Assembly (NCBI GenBank): GCA_045656125.1
Contig: JAZOQN010000091.1
Coordinates: 1 to 54,823 of the forward strand
DNA from: Acutalibacteraceae bacterium
Lineage (GTDB): Bacteria > Bacillota > Clostridia > Oscillospirales > Acutalibacteraceae
DNA: 54,823 nucleotides
Direction of reading: 5' to 3'
Below the pieces are notes generated by a model. That model was not told where the DNA came from. It made no database searches and saw nothing but the letters and a program-made list of their open reading frames with translations. Position 1 is the first letter of the stretch, and each line of letters opens with the position of its first letter. Positions 44,790-53,200 of this stretch are shown piece after piece. The position numbers and the translations under genes were made by a program.

Positions 44790-47534
44790 TTATTTTTCGT
44801 CGCTGTCAGCCAATGTTGTACTGCTTTTTATATCGTCCCAAGTTTCTATTGGCGGAATATCAACTATATCCGATTCATCTAATATGGAATCATCAATTAT
44901 AAATCCACCGTCGAAACCCGAATATGCTTCTAAATTTTGTCCGCTTAAATTTTCCAACAGATAATCGTCTTCGGGATTTTCAGCGGCGTAAACTTCGGCT
45001 TCATATATTCTGCAATGCTCGGCGATTACCTCGCCTTCAGGGTAATCCGGTGTGGGAGCAGGTTTGAAATTGCGTTTTATAATGATAACGCCGATATAAA
45101 TTGCAATCAGTACAACGGTTATCAAAGTTACAATAAGTCCAACTGTCAGACCGGGTGTTTCAAATGTGAACTTAATTTCGCAAAGACCTTCCGGAGCAAC
45201 CACTGCCATAAAGCCTTGGTTTACCTTGTAAATTTCAGCTTTTTGCCCATTGACAGTAGCGGTAAAGCCTTCGTGATACGGCACTGAGAAGAAAACAAGG
45301 TTTTCGCGTTTCATTGAAATTTGAGCAGTGAAACCTTTGCTTGATGTCTTAAAGTAGTGAGCACAGTTTTGGCGTCTTTCGTAACTGTCACGTTCTAATT
45401 CCTTCTCGTCAAAGAAGACGGCTTTTGTGCCGACAGGTGTTTTACCCAAACGGTATTCGGTTGTGATGTCGGTAAGATATTTTGACAAAGTCGGAATATC
45501 TTTATCGTCCAAATAAAGTGCTTTTAACATTAAATCAACGCGACGCTCGTTGGAATATTCAGCCATAGTCTTTTTATCGATGTAGTAATCGTAGGTAAAG
45601 CCCATGGGGATGTAATTTTTGTTAAGATAAATGTCATAGCCCGACTCAGTTGAGTGCAGTGTATAACCGGGTATTGCAGTTTCACCGTCTTCTTCTAAAA
45701 ATTCTTTTGAATTTTCAATCTCCGGGTCAAGCATATATTTGACCGATAAAAGCGAACGAAGTGAATGATAGGATGCTTCGGGCCTTGTGGCAACCGAGCG
45801 GGAGATTCCCACATACTCGTAAAATTGGACCAAACTTGCCGGAACGATAGAGTGGAAGTAGTTGATTGAGGAAAGCCCAAGATATAGGCCGGTGTTATCA
45901 ACGCCGTCGTAAACGTCGACACGAGAAAATTCATCTTCGTCGGCAATGGATACATTACCCTCAATAAGTGCGTCGGTCATAACACTGTCCATTTCGTAGG
46001 AATGGGACTGACCGCAGGAAATAAAGAATGCGGAATATAAAATCGAAATAATGCAAATAAGGGCAACAATCGGTCTAAATACTGACGTTTTCCGCTCCTT
46101 TATCAGAGGGATTAATGCTCTGACTGCTAAGGCACTGAAAAAGGCAATAGCACATGTTACCCAGAATCTCAAATCATAGGTGTCACCCTCAACAACAGTT
46201 ACGCCGTCGATGGCGTGCTTTATAGTTTGCCACAAATATTTTATAGGATTGGTGGCAGAGTCGGTATAAAGTCCCCATTTTGTGATGTTGCCGTTTGAGT
46301 CAACCGTCGGTAAGAAACCGATGACTGCAATAAAGCCACAAGTTATACCGAAATTCCATCTCCAAGCCGAGTTCCAGTTTACCTCTGAATCTTCAAAAGC
46401 AATGGAAGTTGCAAGACACATTAAAAGTATCGGCATAAAGTACCAACGGGCGTAGTATGCGGTGTTGAGCATTGAAAATACCGCATTAAGCCCCGGAACC
46501 AACGCCATAAATATTGAAATACCAAGAACTCTGCGAAGCCAGGTGCCTTTTTTGTTTGACTGTAACCAAGCGATAACTCCGGTCATTCCGAAAAGCGGCA
46601 ACCAACCGCCCAAAGAAGACCATTTTACGTCGGCTTCGGGGAAAAATACAGGACGTGCGGGCAAATCGGGTGGGAAGAAGAAACACTGAATTACGTTTAA
46701 GAAAATCTGCTCTTTACCGTAAAGCACCGCACCCCAACCGCTCATAACACTTGAAAGACGGTCGTTTTGCAAGACTTCCAAAACTGTCGGCAACAGTATT
46801 ACTGCTGATAAACAAAGTCCCAAAACACATTCGAGTGCAAGCAGTGCAAATTCTTTAAAATTAATTCTGAAACTTTGGCTTAACGTTCTTACAAGCCAAT
46901 AAATGACGACGAAAACCACCATTCCGAAGAAGAAAAAGTAGTTGGTTAAAACAGAAAGGAACACAGCAAAAATGACGTATCCTCTTGCACGTTCTGCCAT
47001 AAATTTTTCAATTGCCCAAAGCAGTAACGGGAAAACGATAATTGCTTCGTGGAAATGGTTAAAGAAGATATTGTAAACTGAAAAACCGCTGAAAGCATAC
47101 ATTAAACCGCCCGCCATTGCTGATTCGGGCCGTGAGGTGAAACGGCGGATAAAGATGTATCCTGTCAAAGCGGCACAGCCAAATTTTAAAATGAGCAACG
47201 GACCCATTAAATACGGCACAAGGCTGTTAGGAAAAGGCAGGGTCAACCAGAAAAACGGACTGCCTAAAAGGTAAAAGGTATATGAACCGATAAAGTTTGA
47301 GCCCAAATCGGTTTGCCAGTCCCAACCGAAAAAGTTGCCCGAACGTACCATTTCGTGACAGTGTTGGTAAAACGGTATTTGTTGAACGTTGAAATCGCCA
47401 AAGAATATAAAATATCCGTTGCCCGACACAATATACGGCACAAAAAATGCCGCTGCGGTAACAATACCGAATATAAATGTCAGCCAACCGAGAGATTTTT
47501 TCTTTACTAAGCTATTTTCGGGTGCTTTAGTCAT
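44790..47534 (-). CDS. yfhO: YfhO family (GT-C-like) polytopic membrane protein
   Basis: About 914 aa from the ATG at 47534 (AAGGGGA SD). The N-terminus YFIFFGDFNVQQIPFYQHCHEMVRSGN..WDWQTDLGSNFIGSYTFYLLGSPFFWL is the YfhO signature. It has many TM and a large C-terminal extracytoplasmic domain. Confidence 0.85.
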   Translation of the reverse strand: MTKAPENSLVKKKSLGWLTFIFGIVTAAAFFVPYIVSGNGYFIFFGDFNVQQIPFYQHCHEMVRSGNFFGWDWQTDLGSNFIGSYTFYLLGSPFFWLTLPFPNSLVPYLMGPLLILKFGCAALTGYIFIRRFTSRPESAMAGGLMYAFSGFSVYNIFFNHFHEAIIVFPLLLWAIEKFMAERARGYVIFAVFLSVLTNYFFFFGMVVFVVIYWLVRTLSQSFRINFKEFALLALECVLGLCLSAVILLPTVLEVLQNDRLSSVMSGWGAVLYGKEQIFLNVIQCFFFPPDLPARPVFFPEADVKWSSLGGWLPLFGMTGVIAWLQSNKKGTWLRRVLGISIFMALVPGLNAVFSMLNTAYYARWYFMPILLMCLATSIAFEDSEVNWNSAWRWNFGITCGFIAVIGFLPTVDSNGNITKWGLYTDSATNPIKYLWQTIKHAIDGVTVVEGDTYDLRFWVTCAIAFFSALAVRALIPLIKERKTSVFRPIVALICIISILYSAFFISCGQSHSYEMDSVMTDALIEGNVSIADEDEFSRVDVYDGVDNTGLYLGLSSINYFHSIVPASLVQFYEYVGISRSVATRPEASYHSLRSLLSVKYMLDPEIENSKEFLEEDGETAIPGYTLHSTESGYDIYLNKNYIPMGFTYDYYIDKKTMAEYSNERRVDLMLKALYLDDKDIPTLSKYLTDITTEYRLGKTPVGTKAVFFDEKELERDSYERRQNCAHYFKTSSKGFTAQISMKRENLVFFSVPYHEGFTATVNGQKAEIYKVNQGFMAVVAPEGLCEIKFTFETPGLTVGLIVTLITVVLIAIYIGVIIIKRNFKPAPTPDYPEGEVIAEHCRIYEAEVYAAENPEDDYLLENLSGQNLEAYSGFDGGFIIDDSILDESDIVDIPPIETWDDIKSSTTLADSDEK

Positions 47535-47620
47535 GCTGTAATTCCCCTTATAAAATAATACACACATATATTATACAAATTATGTTAACATAAATCAATA
47601 TTAAATTTAACTGTCCGAAA

Positions 47621-47663
47621 AATTAAAAACCGCGAGTGGCGTGGATACCACTTGCGGTTTTTA
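47621..47663. terminator. Terminator after rubredoxin (A/T-run flanked)
   Basis: aaccgcgagtgg-cgtggata-ccacttgcggtt (one G-T pair), with T-runs on both strands. Confidence 0.75.
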
Positions 47664-47670
47664 GTAAAAA

Positions 47671-47829
47671 TTATTCTTCAGGACTGAAGTTATCTTTGCC
47701 TACGCCACACAAAGGACATACAAAATCTTCAGGCAAATCCTCAAACTTGGTGCCGGCGGCAATGCCGTTATCCGGGTCGCCGACGGTTTCGTCGTAAACC
47801 CAACCGCATACGTCACAAACATATTTCAT
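47671..47829 (-). CDS. Rubredoxin
   Basis: Below the 60-aa cut-off of the ORF track. My translation gives [52 protein letters not shown] (52 aa), with the two CxxCG knuckles of rubredoxin. It is 51 nt downstream of the flavodiiron gene. Confidence 0.9.
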   Translation of the reverse strand: MKYVCDVCGWVYDETVGDPDNGIAAGTKFEDLPEDFVCPLCGVGKDNFSPEE

Positions 47830-47880
47830 TATTTTCACCTCCGAAAATATTATAATATACTTATAATTTACAATTATTAA

Positions 47881-49035
47881 TTATTTACACAGCTCTTTTG
47901 CTAATTTTTCAATAGCACCAGTGCTTATTTCATCTAAAGCAGAAGTGATTTTAACCTCTGTTTCGGCAAAGGTGATGTTTTTACTGGATTCAAACATACC
48001 CTTCATCACCTTATTAGCCATTGGTGCCCAACTGCCGTTTTCAATTAATGCAACGGTACGGTTTTGGTAGTTGCGGCCGGTTAAGTGATGGATAAACTCT
48101 TTCATCGGCGGGAAAATATCGGCATTGTAGGTTGTGGTGGCAAGCACCAGTGTAGGATAACGGAAAGCATCCTCGACCGCCTCTGCCATATCGTCTGAAA
48201 TAAGGTTATTGACAGCAACTTTTTTACAGCCATTTTCAATAAGTTTTTCTTTTAAAAGCAATGCAGCCTTTTCGGTATTGCCGTAAACCGAGGTGTAACA
48301 AATTACCACACCTTCACTTTCGGGACGGTAGCTTGACCAGGTATCGTAAAGGTTAATGTAGTAACCCAAATTTTCGGTCAAAACCGGTCCGTGTAACGGG
48401 CAGATTGTATTGATTTCAAGAGTTGCAGCCTTTTTTAAAACCGCCTGAACTTGCGGGCCGTATTTACCGACAATCCCAAAGTAATAACGTCTTGCTTCGC
48501 AAGCCCAATCCTCGTCGGTGTCGGTTGTTCCGAATTTGCCAAAACCGTCAGCTGAGAATAAAACCTTGTCGGTAGCGTCATAGGTCATAATAACTTCCGG
48601 CCAATGTACCATTGGGGCGTTGATAAATTTTAAAACGTGATTGCCTAAATTTAACTCGTCGCCTTCGCCAACTGCCAAATGGCGTCCGGTAAAATCAGAG
48701 CCGTAGAAAGCTTTAATCATACCAAATGTTTTGCCAGACGATACGATTATTGCTTCAGGATATTTTTCCGAAAAAGCAACAATGCTTGAGGAATGGTCAG
48801 GCTCCATATGCTGAACAATGAAATAGTCGGGAGTTTTACCGTCTAAAGTCTTATCCACATTATTGAGCCACTCGTCAGTGAAATTCTTTTCAACACCGTC
48901 TAAAACGGCTATTTTTTCATCAATAATCACATAGGAGTTATATGCCATTCCGTTAGGAACATCAAACTGACCCTCAAAAAGTTTGATTTCGCGGTCGTTG
49001 ACGCCGACATATTTTATATCATTAGTAATAATCAT
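47881..49035 (-). CDS. fprA: Flavodiiron protein (FprA family: metallo-beta-lactamase-like + flavodoxin-like domains)
   Basis: 384 aa. The di-iron motif HMEPDHS is present, and the C-terminal flavodoxin-like part begins VVICYTSVYGNTEK. Confidence 0.88.
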   Translation of the reverse strand: MIITNDIKYVGVNDREIKLFEGQFDVPNGMAYNSYVIIDEKIAVLDGVEKNFTDEWLNNVDKTLDGKTPDYFIVQHMEPDHSSSIVAFSEKYPEAIIVSSGKTFGMIKAFYGSDFTGRHLAVGEGDELNLGNHVLKFINAPMVHWPEVIMTYDATDKVLFSADGFGKFGTTDTDEDWACEARRYYFGIVGKYGPQVQAVLKKAATLEINTICPLHGPVLTENLGYYINLYDTWSSYRPESEGVVICYTSVYGNTEKAALLLKEKLIENGCKKVAVNNLISDDMAEAVEDAFRYPTLVLATTTYNADIFPPMKEFIHHLTGRNYQNRTVALIENGSWAPMANKVMKGMFESSKNITFAETEVKITSALDEISTGAIEKLAKELCK

Positions 49036-49122
49036 TTTTACACATCCTTGAAAAAGTTTGCTATAATAATATGATAATATATTTCGTAATATTTGTCAAT
49101 CGAATTGTGACAGCAAATTTGG

Positions 49123-49151
49123 TTGCAAAATCACAAGTAATATGGTATATT
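49123..49151 (+). promoter_or_regulatory. Sigma-A type promoter for the GT2 gene
   Basis: TTGCAA (49123-49128), 17 nt, TATATT (49146-49151) with TGg as extended -10. Confidence 0.5.
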
Positions 49152-49187
49152 GCATATAGTAAATACTTGGTATGCAAGGAGAGAATT

Positions 49188-50006
49188 ATGCAAAAATTCA
49201 GCGTGTTGATGTCTCTTTACTATAAAGAAAAACCGGAATACGCAAGAGCGTGTTTTGAAAGCCTATTGGCTCAAACGGTTCAAGCGGATGAATGGGTTAT
49301 TGTTGAAGACGGTCCGTTGACGGGTGAGTTATATGCTCTTTTGGATGAGTATGAAGCAAAATGTCCCGGTCTTATTCACCGTGTACCGCTAAAAGAAAAC
49401 GTGGGTTTAGGCAAAGCTTTAAGAGAAGGAGTTACACATTGTCAAAATGAGTTAATTGCCCGTATGGATACGGATGATATTGCCGTTAATGACCGGTTTG
49501 AAAAGCAATTAAACTTTTTTGAAAATAACCCCGATTTTGACATTTGCGGAAGTCACATTAAGGAGTTTATCAATTCGACCGATAATGTGGTTTCTGAGCG
49601 AAAGGTACCCGTAACACACGGTGAAATTGCTGAATATCAAAAACGTAGAGACTCTTTTAATCATATGACGGTTATGTATAAAAAAACAGCTGTATTAAAC
49701 GCAGGAAATTACAGTCATGCACCGTTAATGGAAGATAGTTTACTTTGGATAAATATGTTGAAGTCAGGTGCAAAATGCGGTAATGTAGATGAGTTTTTGG
49801 TGTTTGCACGTGTCGGCGCTGATATGTATAAGCGTCGCGGCGGTTTTAAGTACTTTGTAAAGTACCGTGAGGGCAGAAAGCAAATTTATAAAACCGGGTA
49901 TATTTCTTGGTTTGATTATGTGTATACTTTAGTGGTGCAGTTTGTTGTGGCTTTAATGCCAAACTGTGTAAGAAAATGGATATTTACGAGGCTTTTAAGA
50001 GGATAA
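49188..50006 (+). CDS. Glycosyltransferase family 2
   Basis: 272 aa from the ATG at 49188 (AAGGAGAG SD). It begins FSVLMSLYYKEKPEY, has the DxD region ARMDTDDI and a C-terminal hydrophobic helix. The track N-terminal extension from 49071 has no support. Confidence 0.8.
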   Translation: MQKFSVLMSLYYKEKPEYARACFESLLAQTVQADEWVIVEDGPLTGELYALLDEYEAKCPGLIHRVPLKENVGLGKALREGVTHCQNELIARMDTDDIAVNDRFEKQLNFFENNPDFDICGSHIKEFINSTDNVVSERKVPVTHGEIAEYQKRRDSFNHMTVMYKKTAVLNAGNYSHAPLMEDSLLWINMLKSGAKCGNVDEFLVFARVGADMYKRRGGFKYFVKYREGRKQIYKTGYISWFDYVYTLVVQFVVALMPNCVRKWIFTRLLRG

Positions 50007-50018
50007 TAAATTAAACTT

Positions 50019-50056
50019 ACGCCGTTGCGAACATAAAACTCGCGACGGCGTTATTT
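50019..50056 (+). terminator. Terminator after the GT2 gene
   Basis: acgccgttgcga-acataaaac-tcgcgacggcgt (1 mismatch), followed by a T-rich tail. Confidence 0.6.
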
Positions 50057-50153
50057 AGTAATAAGTCAAATTTCGACATTTAAAATAGAATAAGGTTGTA
50101 ATTGCAATTTACTATAAAAATTTGTGGTTTATGGAATTGATATTATAATTCAG

Positions 50154-50181
50154 TTGACAAATTGCAAAAAAATGGTATAAT
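50154..50181 (+). promoter_or_regulatory. Near-consensus sigma-A promoter for the giant GH16 gene
   Basis: TTGACA (50154-50159), 16 nt, TATAAT (50176-50181) with TGg as extended -10. Confidence 0.7.
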
Positions 50182-50251
50182 TAAACAGAATAGAGTACTA
50201 GTCATTTTTTGACTTTGTATTAATTAACTTTTCTTAAAAAGGGGTATTGTT

Positions 50252-53200
50252 TTGAAAAAGAGATTATTAAGTGTTGCGTTGATATTAAGTATGCTTGCTT
50301 CCTTACTGATGGTAGGCATTACCGGCCCTGTTTCAGCCGCAAAAGACACATACGTAACTAAAGAGGCAACCTATGACAGAGCAATAGATTTGTCTAAAGA
50401 GTTAACTCCTAGCGTAAACCTTACATTTGACGGTGAGGCAAAGTATGGTATCCCTCTTGGCCGTTATACCAAAGATGTTGCTTATGTAAATAATTATGCA
50501 AAGGTAAAGGTTTCTACTGGCTGGATTTTCTTCGGAAAGAACGGTTCGGTAGGTCAAACTACTGTTAAGCATGATGACACTGAAAAGGCAAGTACAGCAT
50601 TGTCTAATGTGTATAAGCTTACTAAAGATAATACATATTCGATTACTTTTAAGTACAAATTCCTCGCAGGTGCTACAGTTACTTCACGTACATTTGATGT
50701 AGGTATTGCTACTGACCCTACCACAGGTCCTGCTCAAAAGGATAATACTGTTTGGACAAATAATAGCACTTCCGGACTTGGTGTTGTTTGGAAAGTTAAC
50801 GGTGAAACTCAAACCGGCACATTAACTCAAGATACCGATTGGCAGACTGTTACTGTTAGCTTTAAAGCTGTAGTAGACGGTTACTTTGGTATGCAGTGCG
50901 GTGGTAGTGTTAGCAGTAATCAGTATTTTGCTCTTGACGATGTTAAGATTTATGATTACGATGCATACTATAATTCTAAATTCCAGAATAAATTGACCTT
51001 CGATAACGGTGGTTTTTCAATGCGTCGCTTATATAGTGTACAAATGGGGTTTGGTACAGAAAATGGTAATAATTACGGTATAATTCCCGGTGATAATGAA
51101 GGCGTAGTATATTTCTCTAGTGCAGAAGACGGCAAGACTACTGAAAATTTTTATAATAACCATAGCACCGAAACCGGTCGCACTTCGTTAACTCATACAT
51201 ATAAAAGAATGTTCAAGTTCGAACCGGGCAAGAGTTATGAGGTTACATTTAAGTATAGATATGCCGCAGACCAGGTTGTTACAGTCGGTACAACCAAGCC
51301 TAGTTTGAGGCTTATGTCAGACCCGGGCGGTCAAGCGCATAATGCGGATGACCTGTTAGGCTCAACATCATGGGCAAAAGATGTTGTTTATAGCGGTCTC
51401 GTGCTTGAAAACGAGCCTAGCACAGGAAAGTGGCAGGATGTAAAAATAACCTTTACAGTTAAGACTTGGGCAGAGGCACTGGCAGCCAACTGTGCAAAAG
51501 TCAGAGACAGTGTAGACGGCGGTTACGAGTTTGACGGCGCTTATTTTGGCATTAAGGGCGACGGTAAGGCTTTGCATATTGACGATTATGAGGTTAAAGA
51601 ACTTGTAAACTATCGTTTAATCGCTTTACAAACAGATAATGTCTATCATGATATGGAGGATTATGCCGTTGGCGCTAAACCCGATGCTCTTGTTATGAAC
51701 AATAACGGCGGTGCAACTGTTGTAGATTCGGGTGACGGACACGGTAAAGTTCTTCAAATGACCGGAAACCGCGGTACTTTTACCGATTCTAACGTTTTTG
51801 AGCGTGGAAGAAAATATTACATTTCTTTTGATGCAAAAACCACTGATAACACATCTAAATATATTTGGACAATTTTTGCTGACGGTGCTTCTTCCACTAT
51901 CAGTCAGCAAAAGCCAAGATATATTTTAACCGACGCTACGGCAACCGGCGGTCACGGATTTGTGCCTGAAATATTTAAATTTTATGTTAATGGAAAACAG
52001 GTTGATAAGTCCGGCTTTAAACTTTCGGGCGAATGGCAGCGTTTCGGTATAGTTGTTGACTTTACGAATGAAGCAGCTAACGAACAGTTCCTTAGTCACA
52101 CGGATGAAGCCACCAGTAATGGCGCAAAAGAAAAGAACTTCTTTAATAAAGCAAAAAATTTCTATTTTGGTATTGAAAATAGTTGGTACGACAATTTCAG
52201 AATTACTGCTGTAAATACTATGGATGATGCCGTTCCGACAAGTGATATTTCTTATGTTTCTAAAGAAATTTATCACGATATGGAAACTTACGGCGGATTT
52301 TATGAAAGTGAAGCAGGTAAGGCTCATATTGTAAACAGTTATGATGAAAAGTACGGTCAGGTAATGGAAATTACTGCTGGCGGAAAACGTATTGGTTTCA
52401 CTGATTCCAATATAATTACTGCCGGAAAGAAATATTATATAAGCTTTGATGCAAAAACCACAAATAATACAAACCGCTTTATGTGGTTGATGATGTGCAC
52501 AACAACGACCACTAACCCTCCGCGTTTTATCGTTAGTGATACCTCTCATAATGCACCTGATAAAGGTGCGACCAATTTAGCTATCGCTGAAAACGGTAAT
52601 GCATTCAGGTATTATATTAACGATGAAGAAGTTATTCGTGACAACTTTAAACTTTCGGGCGATTGGCGTAAATATACTCTTGTTATTGATACATCAGACC
52701 CCGACTTGCTTGCAAAAGCTGCTTCGGATTCAGGCGACGGTCAGATAAGCGGATTATTTAACGCTGCAAAATATTTCTACTTTGGTACCGACAACGCTTG
52801 GTTTGATAATTTCAGAATGGTTGAAGTAAGCGAGACCGCCGAAACAATTTCTAAAGAAGATGCAATTTATGGCACAGAGGTATCTTGCCGTGAAGAAAGC
52901 ACAACGGCAAACGGTGACTATGTGTCTGCAGGCTTGCGTTTTAAGAGCAAGTTGCCCAACGGTATTGTCGCAGAAGCTGATGAAATCGGTTTCGTAGCAG
53001 CTCCTTCGTCACTTGCAAATGAAACAACCGATTGGTACAAACTTGAAAATGGAGTCAATCAGGTTGCACGTACCGCAATTGTTAAGGACGATATACGCAA
53101 CTATGTTTACGCAACCGATGGTGACAATACATATTATCAGTTGGTATTCACCGGTCTTTCCGATGAAAAGGGCAAGACTGCATATAACAGACGTTTCTCG

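Noticed and set aside
51368-52549. Minus-strand ORFs of 69, 94 and 207 aa inside the GH16 gene
   Set aside because: They are antisense to a long, well-supported secreted-protein ORF. Their composition is Ile/Phe/Asn/Cys-rich and typical of antisense frames, and they have no start context.
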